A stretch of 64,000 nucleotides of DNA from a virus (Duplodnaviria; Caudoviricetes): the IMG/VR virus record IMGVR_UViG_3300028844_006787, one strand, 5' to 3'. The notes under the pieces are model-generated. The model was given only the letters and a program-made list of their open reading frames with translations, did no database searches and had not been told where the DNA came from. Shown here piece by piece: positions 55,257 through 64,000 of this stretch. Each line of letters begins with the position of its first letter. Position 1 is the stretch's first letter. The translations under genes and the position numbers were made by a program.

Positions 55257-58200
55257 TTATAAATAATACCTTCCCCACGAACGATAATACCCATAAGAAT
55301 AACGCCATCTTCCACGGGAATAAACATAATGATATCTACGCCTCCAAGTCCATGCTCTATTATAATACCAATAACCCCAACGATATCTCCACCATCTATG
55401 GTGAAAATACCAATTATTATATGTATTGGTATTATTTCTTCTACGATTATTTGTTGTGGTTGTTATTGTTTTAGTATTTGTTTCTATATACTTTCTATAA
55501 CCCACAGAATACTCTTCGTAATTTATGTAATTCTGAGTATATGTACCTGATTTGTTTGTTCCTATTGGAGTTTGTGGTATCTTAAACTCAATAATATCTC
55601 CAGGTAAATATGTTACATTTGAATCCTCACTTACCGATGAAAAATAACTTTCTATTTGTTGCTCAGTATAATCATAATCCGCAAATTTATTTAAATACGA
55701 TGCTATTGCATCTTCATCGTGTTCAAATGAATCAAGTGGTAATTCAATCGTAGGTGCTTTTGCATCAGCAATTGGTCTTTGTGATTGTGCAACGGTAATA
55801 TCCTCATATTCACCGACATTAAATTTGGTTGGTAAATCTTTAAAATATCCTTTATTTGGAACTACTTCGTAATTTATTTCTTGCTCAAATTTTGTGTCAA
55901 ATTGACTAGTTGCTACTACTTTTAATGTATATGTTCCAATTAAGTCATGGTTATCTAATTTTAATTCACCGGTTTGAGTGCTTGAATCTATTGTAACGAT
56001 ATGTTCAGTAGGATTTGCACGAGTCGCATCGGTTAAAGTAATCGTGATATTCGAAATAGGATTTATTACATTATCGTTTTTACTATCCTCAAGTTCTATT
56101 GGCAAAAACACAGAATCATTTTTCACCGTAAATACCAAATCTAAATTTTCTTCGTTTGTAATATATTGTTTAATTCCACTTATATCAACTCTTGGTTTAA
56201 ACTCGGAAAACATTATAGGTTCTGATGATTGGGTTTCTCCGTATACATATTCACTGGCATCAAGAGTATATGGTGTTATCAAACAAATATGCATAAATCC
56301 TAGAAAGTGATTTCTTTGAACCAAAGATTTTAACTTTTCATCTGATTCATTGTATATACTATTTAAAATTCCCCAATCACCAACTTTTCTGTTTATATCT
56401 GGACGAGCTGCTTCGGAGGAAGTTACATATTCATCAAGAAAATCCTGCGATAATTCACGTTGATTATCAGATTTGTGCATTATTTCATCTTTATAACTTA
56501 TTTCACGAAGATGTTCATCATCTTCTTCACCAACTTCTTCAACATAATATGATGTGTATTTATATAACAATCCTGGATCACCAGTTGTTTGTTCAACAGG
56601 ATTATTAGTTTGCTCGGTTGCATACCAATCATCGTTTGGATCATTTGGAGTGTCGGTCAACCAAGTTTGAAAAAGTCTAAAAGTTTTTACTTCAGTTTTA
56701 TATCCGTCTGCACCTTGTACAGGATCCCATGTCCAATAAAATGCATCGTTATCCTCATCTACAAAATTTCCTTTATCAGGTATAGGATTTATACAAATAA
56801 ATTCAGGTCTTTCATTCCATACTACTTTTTCAAGTTCTCCATTTGCATTTTGTACCATTGTAGATGACCACATTTCATCTTCTTCTGCATCGTGAAAGAA
56901 ATTATTTTGCGAAGGAATAAACATAGTCGGAGTATTTTTTACTCTTATGTTTCTGACATTTGCTAAATCATCATGAGTTGCATCCCATGAAACGTTATCC
57001 TCGGTTATAGTTTCATCGTAGTATTTTAAGTTTACAATCACATTGTAAGTTATACCACTTGGTACTCCTGATGTAGTAAGTGCATATTCAAGTGTATTAT
57101 CATTTGCCTTATTATCATAAGATATAATCTCTTGGTGTTCCTCGGTTTCACCATTCATTATTTTTACTACAATAGATGTTGTTTTTCTTGCAGTTACATC
57201 TGGTATTGACCATGATAAAATTCCAAGATTATTTAAATTCAGTGTTGGGTTTGTAAAAGTTGGAGCAAATGATTTACCATCTATTAGTCGTGTAGTTCCA
57301 CCAAACTTATCATATGCAGTAATATGAAGTTCAAATGTATAAAAATCGTCGAATGATACTCCATTTAGAGAATATTCAAATTCATCATAAAATTCGTAAG
57401 CATTATTAGGTGAAGATGCAGTTAATGCTTCTACTCCACCATCGGTTGCATTTACAGATCTTGTTATTGTTGTCCCAACCTTGGTTCGTTGAGCAAGTGG
57501 TCCAAGTAAAAGATCACGTGTTTTTAAACGATACAACTCTAACTCGTATTTATCAAATACCAATTCATGTGAAGTATCTTTAACATCAAGATAATATGCC
57601 CACTTCATAGTATCACCAGTTTTGTGTTCTATACCAGAACCACCCTCTTCATACATGAACATATCTAGTTTATTTTCAAATAATGTGAAATTAAATTCTG
57701 CACTATTTAAAGGCATATCATATAAATACGTTGTGAGTGTACCCTTTATATTTGTAGTATTTGTAATAGAATATACATCCGCAGGAATAACATACTGAAA
57801 TAATTGATCAGATTTGCGTGAAATTTTTAGATTAGTTTTATTTTTAACATCGTCTTTATATTTTGATGTCTTGCGTGTATCATTTAAATCATCTGTAAGA
57901 GTTGAATTATTGAAAGTTACTTTGTATATCAATGGTTCGTAACTCGAATCTGTCGTTGGAGATATATCATTCCAATTAATTGTAATTGGTTCACCTATTT
58001 TTACATTTTCTGTACTATCCAAGTATCCACCGGAAATAGATGGTGATAAATCTCCATTTGTATTTACACTAAATTTGTTTAAAACATATAATCTATGATT
58101 ACTTTCATTCCACTCGGTAACATTTGATAACGAATCATCAATCGGTGAATGCATTTTAATTCTGACATTATATTTGTCTGGTAAAAGACCACCGATTGCT

Positions 58201-61200
58201 GATAAATCAATTTCAAATTTTTTCTTTACTAGTTTATATTGCATTACACCACTCGGAGTATTTTCATTTACTAAATTAGTAGCAACAGATACAAGTGAAC
58301 TATGTCCATTGTGTCCATTTGCAAATACATTAAAAGTGTGCCCATTGACAACAAATTCTCCTGTTTTAAAACCAGATATATAATCAGTTTCAAATATTGG
58401 TGTACTTAAGTTTTCACCTTGTGTGTCTGTTTTAAAGATTTCTATTTTTGCAAGAGTTTCATTATCACCTTCGGTTAAATCAGCATAATCAAAATCTATA
58501 CCGAATTTTCCTGAGGAGAACCGACTATCTATTTTTCTGTATGAAGCAATTTCTATTGTAAATTTTTCTAGTTTTTTATTATTCTGATTATCATCTTTGA
58601 GTGGTAAAAAATACCAACTAGAGTTTTCCCACGAGGTTCCTGCCGTATTACTAATAGTTCCATCAAATGGATCATCTCTAGGTTCATCAAGATAATCATA
58701 ATCACTTACTTCTTCATGTATCTCAATATTTTGGTCTTGATCATTCGTTGCACTTGTTATTTTCCAACCTCTTAATATTGGATTATTAATTGTATAACCA
58801 ATATCTTTAAATGTTTTTGTAGTAAAACTATCACTTAGTATATATCTTCTCTTGGTAGTTTCGGGCATAATGCGTTCAGGATCTAAGTAAAAATTAGTTT
58901 CTGTATCTCCTACAACGAATATTCTAATATGATATGTGTTTTTTTCTATTGCAAATGGAAACTTATATGATGTTTCAGATATTTCATCTGAAGTATAAAT
59001 TAATTCGTCCACATCAGTATCTAAACTTTCACTATTAGGATCATTTGCTTTCCATAATTGTAATATATACCCAATGTTACTCCATGTTAATTGATACTCG
59101 TCATTTGCGGTTGCCACCGCATTGTTATATGCATCATCTAACACATCGTTCCAAGAAAATATTGGATTTTCTTGATCATCTATTTCAATTGAAGTTATAT
59201 TGACCTGCGGAGAAACGGCATCTGTGTCTAATTTGTAAAAGCATTTAGCATCACTTGCTTCTGATGTGTTTGTTGAATCATCTTTTGCAGTTATACGAAA
59301 ATGATTCTCGGCATTACTTGAAAAATCACGATATGTCGATTTATCAAAACCATTAATATTTGTTGAAGAAATCCAATGATTACCTATATAAGTAACATCT
59401 GTTGGAAACTCATGCCAAGTAGTTCCGTTTCCACTTTCTCGCATTTCCACTAAATATGCAGGATTTTCTTCGTGTACAACTTTTTCTAAATTTTTACTTG
59501 AAAGTCGTTTATATGCAGTATCCCACTCAAGTGAAAGATAATTCTGAGTTTTATATGCAATTGCATAGTTTTTGGAAGGATAGTTTTTACTTTGATAAAT
59601 TTCGTCTATTTTGTGTGGTGGTAACTCATCAGGAGATGCAAAACCTGGACGAACTAAATTCCATGTATATTCTCCACGTGATTCACGATTTAACAAATAA
59701 GTTCCTGCAACTGAATTATTATCAATTACCTCGATTGCAATGTATCTATCGGATATATCTTTTTTTATTGATTTGTTGTTTTTCTCATCAATGGAATAAC
59801 CTACAAGTGGAACTAAATCAAATGTATTTACAACTTTATATATTTGAAGTTTTGGCAATACAACAGATACACGAAAATCGTTGATATTAAATACTTCAAC
59901 ACTTGAAAAGGTTTTAATAAAATCACCAACAATGATTTCTGTTTCACCTGCAATTGGCCAATTTTTTATTTCCTCGAAAGTTCTTCCGAGTTCATCATCA
60001 TAAAACCAAGAAGTAGATGGACCTTTTGGTCCTGAATTTCTAATACTTACATTTTGTTGAGTATTAAAATTTAAATTTCCTTTTATTTTAAATACATTAG
60101 TTCCAAGATAATGATTGTCTTCACCTCCTGTACTTTTTTCTATAAGTGAGGTTTTTCTTAAACTATATTCACCCTCAAAGTCATAAGCATTTATATCACT
60201 AAATGTTATACCGTATGCTTGTTTATATTTATTTGATATATTTTTAAATATTTTGTCTTGAACTGATTCTTCTAGTGCAGATAATGGTGATACTTGTGGA
60301 ATCCATTCATTATCTCCTGCGTTCTCATACACGATGATTCTTCCAGTTGTTCTTGCATCAGGAATTTCTGAATTGATTCCGTGGGGTGCAGAAACTACAA
60401 TTGAGTTTCCATCATAGGAAAGTTTTATTTCACTTCCATATCCATTATCAGCAATCTCTGCATCTAGTCTTACAAGTTCATGTGTAAACTTATGATTTAT
60501 ATTATCCGATTCAACTAATTTATATTTACTTCTTTTATATGCACTTGAAAAATCTTGGGCATTTACATCTATTGAACGTTCTTTAGTTTTTGTTTCGTCC
60601 CATTTATTCTCTACTTCATTTAATGTAAATATTGTAAAACTTGCATCATCCTCTGTGACTTTTGATAATGCAAGAGTTTTTCCGTCACCTGATAAACTAA
60701 CATCTCCACGTTCATTTACAAATCTATTGTTAATGAATCCTTGACCAAGTTGTACCCAATTGTCGTGATCTAATGTATCTACTTTAAATACTTTTACGAG
60801 CATTATATTTGTATTATCTCGTTTGAGTCCAGGTCTTAATTTAACTGCCATCGTAGATCCATCGTCACTTAAAACGATTTTTTCCGCAGAAAATTCAGCA
60901 GCCGAATTTACCCAAGGACTTCTTCCTGCTGTTTCGGCACTTATATAATCTACATTTTGTGAATCAACTGAGTCTGATTCAACGGATAAATTGTAACTTT
61001 CAAAATCTGGTCTTTTAAAAGAACCTCCTTTTGATGCAGATTCCATATAATCAGATGGATTATATTCGTCTGTAAGATGTCCTCCCCAATTTATATATTT
61101 GTATTCCGTATCAACTGAGTTGGTTGATGTATCTACACCAATTGTTGCAATTATAGGTGTATGTGAAAGTATTTTTTTCTTTGGAGTAATATAGGAATCC

Positions 61201-64000
61201 AATAACACCGCATATACTTTTTCTGAATTACCGTATGCTCCGTATATGTTTGTTTGAGATACTCCGTTTTTATCATAAGCAGTCACACGAATCTGACGAT
61301 TATATCTTATGTCATTTGGATGAAACAATGCGTTCGTGTCTACATCGTCTTCTATTTTTTGTCCTTCTACACGAAAATATATATTTTGATTATAATCGTT
61401 ATATTTTAAACTAAACTCCACATTTGCATTGTATATATTTGCATAAACAGTACTACCATCATCCATTAATTTGTTATATTCACGTTTAGGTTCGTTTAAT
61501 TTTGGTAGAGTGGTTTTAGAATGCCATGTATTTGGATTCTTGGTTAGTTCAGTCTCAGCACTATCACACCAAACAATATCCCAATCAGAATAACAAGTCT
61601 TTTTATACGATACTTCGTAGTACACATATTGATTGTGAGGCCATTGAAATTGTACGTCTGCGATAGGTCTTGTTAAATTTGCCCCACTTGTTAATGAGTA
61701 AGAAGAAGGTGAGTCGTAATGTTTTGTAAGTATAGTATCATTACTTTCACTATAATTTGCAAGTTTTATATCAAATTCAACAAAATCTTCATCAACTTTA
61801 TTTTCCACGTCAGGTGTACTAAGCAATCCAATTGCAACTTTATTGCCACTTCTACTCATTGCAATATTGTTTCCTGCAAATTGCACATTTTTGTCAAATT
61901 CAGGAACATTTATTTCTTGGAACTTATTTGAATACGAAAATAGTTTCCATTCACCACTTGGTTTTTCAAACTTTGAAAACTTTACTGCTATACCAGAATT
62001 TATATTTTCCTTGCCACTATTTGCAGTATCTCTTTCATTACCATCACCACACGGAGGTAGACTTGTAACGATTGTATCACGTTCATATGCATCTAATCTA
62101 AAAGTGCGAGCATAATCTTTTAATATTTTTAAATCATTATTAGAGTTAAATGGTTCGGACTCAGTTTTTAGAATACGTGCATTAGAATTCCACCCTAAAC
62201 CTATATCATTTATTTTAATTGAGTATTTTTGAACACTTGGTAATTTTCCGTTTACACTTGAATCACCAAATGCAATTAAAGAACCATCTTCATTTGAACA
62301 CATAGTAGTATATCCAAGCAATTCAAAATATTTTCCGGTTGGTTTATCGTGATTAAATTGCTTTTGAGTACTACTTTTTTCAAACACTTTAGTAACATTC
62401 TTTTGTGAATCTTCCGTGAAAATATACATTGAATAGCCATCTTCTGCTCTTGGTTTCCAATCTAAATTATCAACTACTAAATTGTAATCGTGTCCATTTT
62501 CATATGAATATCTACTAACTCTGTGTGTAACACCTGCAGGAAACCATTTTTTCACTATCTGTTTTAGCTTTCTACCTTTATAAGTGGTTTTATATCGAAT
62601 TTCGTTCGTATAGTTTCTATCTTGAAATTTAGATGAACTTACAATTACTTTTTGTGAATCTTGAGTGTGAAATAAATTACAATCTGATGGTAGTGGTATT
62701 GGTTGATATGAAGTCCAACCAGAACCACTTTGATTAAATCTAGCAGATAATAAATAATCGTCTCCTGTGTATACATCAGTTCCTTTTATAGAAACTGCCA
62801 TACCTATTTTAACGTTATCTGAATCCAACTCTGATATATCATTTGTTATTTCACTTGGTGGAAGAATAACAGAATTTGAACGCATTACATTACCACGCAT
62901 TCCTGCTGGTCCTAGTGTAGAAATGTATTGAGTAATACTACGGTCTGCTCCTGCATCATCTAATTGAGCATCTGTATACCATATTCCAAATTGTAATTGC
63001 TTTCCTTCTCCAGGAATACCCTCTGTGCTAATTGGAATAACGGATATAACATTAATTTCACCACCTGTCTTCAATCCATCTGTATCTAATGATAAAGTAA
63101 ATGATGCAGAAGATTCCTCATATGAGTTGTCGTCTCTATCAACCTCTAAAATATTAGAACCCCATTTAACTTCATAGTATGCTATTTCTTCTCTATCAGC
63201 AGATTCATCGGTTTCCACAAATTTTATATTTGCGGGTTCATTATATCGTATGATATTTTTTCCAGATACCTCAGTATTTAACAATTCAATACTCTTTGGT
63301 GGTTTTGGAGTTTCAAAATTTACACTAATTGTATGTGTAAACTCTTGTGATTTCTGTCCCGATGCCAATACCGCAGTTACTCCAAGTGTATAATCACCTT
63401 CACTGTCAAATGTTTCCGAGAATATATTTCTAATACCTTTTTCAAAATAATCCAACTCTTTGGTTATTGTAAGTTCACTTTTAAATTTACTTGATGTGTC
63501 TATTCCTGTGATTTCATTTTTTACAGGTTCATCATTTAAGGTTAATTCATAATACCTTATCTTTGGTGAAAGATTATTGTAATTTTCTTCGTCCTTAAAG
63601 TGCCATTCCCATTCAACCAAGGGTAAATTTGTTTTATTTGGAAGTGTATCTCTTACTAAACCACTTGCAAACTCAACCTGTACATCGGTGTTAACAAGTG
63701 ATTTCCAATTAATTTTAAAATCTTCTGATAATGATTCTTGATTTGATTCATCCAGTGCGACTACATTAATCTCCATGGCCTCATCACCACTAATTGTTAT
63801 ACTATTTTCTTTTATATAATCAGATATATCAAAATAATTATTTTCTAAGATAAATGATTCAGCATTTCCGACTTTAACTTTATATTTGTAAGAGAGTCCT
63901 AGTTTTTCTAATCCGTTTACTTGAATTCCACCAAAAAGGTTTGGAAGATTGCTTCCGAAATTTTCCCACTCTAAATATAAATTAGTTTCTTCGGTGTTTA
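55257..64000 (-). CDS. giant protein (>2900 aa, 5' end outside window), paralog of the central part of the 5408-aa protein
   Basis: frame stays open upstream of ATG 63776 to the window edge (NTEETNLYLEW vs NTETDLYLEW in the paralog); EWHFKD/QWHFKE, ELDYFEK, RNSGP/RDTGP..WFYDD. Confidence 0.85.
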   Translation of the reverse strand, partial: NTEETNLYLEWENFGSNLPNLFGGIQVNGLEKLGLSYKYKVKVGNAESFILENNYFDISDYIKENSITISGDEAMEINVVALDESNQESLSEDFKINWKSLVNTDVQVEFASGLVRDTLPNKTNLPLVEWEWHFKDEENYNNLSPKIRYYELTLNDEPVKNEITGIDTSSKFKSELTITKELDYFEKGIRNIFSETFDSEGDYTLGVTAVLASGQKSQEFTHTISVNFETPKPPKSIELLNTEVSGKNIIRYNEPANIKFVETDESADREEIAYYEVKWGSNILEVDRDDNSYEESSASFTLSLDTDGLKTGGEINVISVIPISTEGIPGEGKQLQFGIWYTDAQLDDAGADRSITQYISTLGPAGMRGNVMRSNSVILPPSEITNDISELDSDNVKIGMAVSIKGTDVYTGDDYLLSARFNQSGSGWTSYQPIPLPSDCNLFHTQDSQKVIVSSSKFQDRNYTNEIRYKTTYKGRKLKQIVKKWFPAGVTHRVSRYSYENGHDYNLVVDNLDWKPRAEDGYSMYIFTEDSQKNVTKVFEKSSTQKQFNHDKPTGKYFELLGYTTMCSNEDGSLIAFGDSSVNGKLPSVQKYSIKINDIGLGWNSNARILKTESEPFNSNNDLKILKDYARTFRLDAYERDTIVTSLPPCGDGNERDTANSGKENINSGIAVKFSKFEKPSGEWKLFSYSNKFQEINVPEFDKNVQFAGNNIAMSRSGNKVAIGLLSTPDVENKVDEDFVEFDIKLANYSESNDTILTKHYDSPSSYSLTSGANLTRPIADVQFQWPHNQYVYYEVSYKKTCYSDWDIVWCDSAETELTKNPNTWHSKTTLPKLNEPKREYNKLMDDGSTVYANIYNANVEFSLKYNDYNQNIYFRVEGQKIEDDVDTNALFHPNDIRYNRQIRVTAYDKNGVSQTNIYGAYGNSEKVYAVLLDSYITPKKKILSHTPIIATIGVDTSTNSVDTEYKYINWGGHLTDEYNPSDYMESASKGGSFKRPDFESYNLSVESDSVDSQNVDYISAETAGRSPWVNSAAEFSAEKIVLSDDGSTMAVKLRPGLKRDNTNIMLVKVFKVDTLDHDNWVQLGQGFINNRFVNERGDVSLSGDGKTLALSKVTEDDASFTIFTLNEVENKWDETKTKERSIDVNAQDFSSAYKRSKYKLVESDNINHKFTHELVRLDAEIADNGYGSEIKLSYDGNSIVVSAPHGINSEIPDARTTGRIIVYENAGDNEWIPQVSPLSALEESVQDKIFKNISNKYKQAYGITFSDINAYDFEGEYSLRKTSLIEKSTGGEDNHYLGTNVFKIKGNLNFNTQQNVSIRNSGPKGPSTSWFYDDELGRTFEEIKNWPIAGETEIIVGDFIKTFSSVEVFNINDFRVSVVLPKLQIYKVVNTFDLVPLVGYSIDEKNNKSIKKDISDRYIAIEVIDNNSVAGTYLLNRESRGEYTWNLVRPGFASPDELPPHKIDEIYQSKNYPSKNYAIAYKTQNYLSLEWDTAYKRLSSKNLEKVVHEENPAYLVEMRESGNGTTWHEFPTDVTYIGNHWISSTNINGFDKSTYRDFSSNAENHFRITAKDDSTNTSEASDAKCFYKLDTDAVSPQVNITSIEIDDQENPIFSWNDVLDDAYNNAVATANDEYQLTWSNIGYILQLWKANDPNSESLDTDVDELIYTSDEISETSYKFPFAIEKNTYHIRIFVVGDTETNFYLDPERIMPETTKRRYILSDSFTTKTFKDIGYTINNPILRGWKITSATNDQDQNIEIHEEVSDYDYLDEPRDDPFDGTISNTAGTSWENSSWYFLPLKDDNQNNKKLEKFTIEIASYRKIDSRFSSGKFGIDFDYADLTEGDNETLAKIEIFKTDTQGENLSTPIFETDYISGFKTGEFVVNGHTFNVFANGHNGHSSLVSVATNLVNENTPSGVMQYKLVKKKFEIDLSAIGGLLPDKYNVRIKMHSPIDDSLSNVTEWNESNHRLYVLNKFSVNTNGDLSPSISGGYLDSTENVKIGEPITINWNDISPTTDSSYEPLIYKVTFNNSTLTDDLNDTRKTSKYKDDVKNKTNLKISRKSDQLFQYVIPADVYSITNTTNIKGTLTTYLYDMPLNSAEFNFTLFENKLDMFMYEEGGSGIEHKTGDTMKWAYYLDVKDTSHELVFDKYELELYRLKTRDLLLGPLAQRTKVGTTITRSVNATDGGVEALTASSPNNAYEFYDEFEYSLNGVSFDDFYTFELHITAYDKFGGTTRLIDGKSFAPTFTNPTLNLNNLGILSWSIPDVTARKTTSIVVKIMNGETEEHQEIISYDNKANDNTLEYALTTSGVPSGITYNVIVNLKYYDETITEDNVSWDATHDDLANVRNIRVKNTPTMFIPSQNNFFHDAEEDEMWSSTMVQNANGELEKVVWNERPEFICINPIPDKGNFVDEDNDAFYWTWDPVQGADGYKTEVKTFRLFQTWLTDTPNDPNDDWYATEQTNNPVEQTTGDPGLLYKYTSYYVEEVGEEDDEHLREISYKDEIMHKSDNQRELSQDFLDEYVTSSEAARPDINRKVGDWGILNSIYNESDEKLKSLVQRNHFLGFMHICLITPYTLDASEYVYGETQSSEPIMFSEFKPRVDISGIKQYITNEENLDLVFTVKNDSVFLPIELEDSKNDNVINPISNITITLTDATRANPTEHIVTIDSSTQTGELKLDNHDLIGTYTLKVVATSQFDTKFEQEINYEVVPNKGYFKDLPTKFNVGEYEDITVAQSQRPIADAKAPTIELPLDSFEHDEDAIASYLNKFADYDYTEQQIESYFSSVSEDSNVTYLPGDIIEFKIPQTPIGTNKSGTYTQNYINYEEYSVGYRKYIETNTKTITTTTNNRRRNNTNTYNNWYFHHRWWRYRWGYWYYNRAWTWRRRYHYVYSRGRWRYSYGYYRSWGRYYL

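Noticed and set aside
54960-55520. Diversity-generating retroelement variable region, or stop-codon recoding, at the giant-gene junction
   Set aside because: No reverse transcriptase or template repeat seen in the window. The two ORFs are in different frames, and all other genes read cleanly in the standard code with TAA, TAG and TGA used as stops.
35035-62115. Numerous short plus-strand ORFs opposite the giant genes and other minus-strand genes
   Set aside because: Antisense shadows of long coding frames, with no recognisable motifs or expression signals.
1-64000. Eukaryotic giant virus (NCLDV) or bacterial chromosome origin
   Set aside because: Sigma70 promoters, intrinsic terminators and coupled operons are bacterial-type, while ORFan density and the lack of housekeeping operons favour a phage. 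Not formally excluded without hallmark genes.

Overview
This is a strongly AT-rich, gene-dense window with nearly all genes on the minus strand. It is best read as part of a large (jumbo/huge) bacteriophage genome: bacterial sigma70-type promoters, intrinsic terminators, overlapping small ORFans, phage-type AAA/vWA genes and auxiliary host-derived genes. No hallmark capsid, terminase or polymerase gene is present, so the phage call is an inference. Layout: (1) 1-11.6 kb holds early-type small genes, a MoxR/CbbQ-type AAA ATPase with an HExxH-vWA partner, a DUF1080 protein, ClpP and a candidate structured small RNA. (2) 9-28.7 kb is a glycan-modification island (several glycosyltransferases, four sulfotransferase-like genes, a methyltransferase, a kinase fusion) containing an inverted cupin-asparaginase cassette. 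(3) Twelve highly diverged small paralogs share a YP-x-x-N-x-W / DPW-x-R / T-[TS]-V-x-GK signature, as a 9-gene array at 28.7-31.8 kb and a 3-gene cluster at 22.8-23.8 kb; this is the most novel-looking element. (4) 31.9-34.8 kb has a phosphoribosyltransferase, an AT-hook protein and small phage genes. (5) 34.9-64 kb has two tandem giant paralogous FN3/beta-propeller-like proteins; the second is split into two ORFs inside a Trp/Tyr/Arg-rich insertion and runs off the window. A 29-bp promoter is repeated eight times, and a second upstream motif (ATATTTAT) marks a different gene class. Family assignments come from motif recognition by eye, not from database searches.
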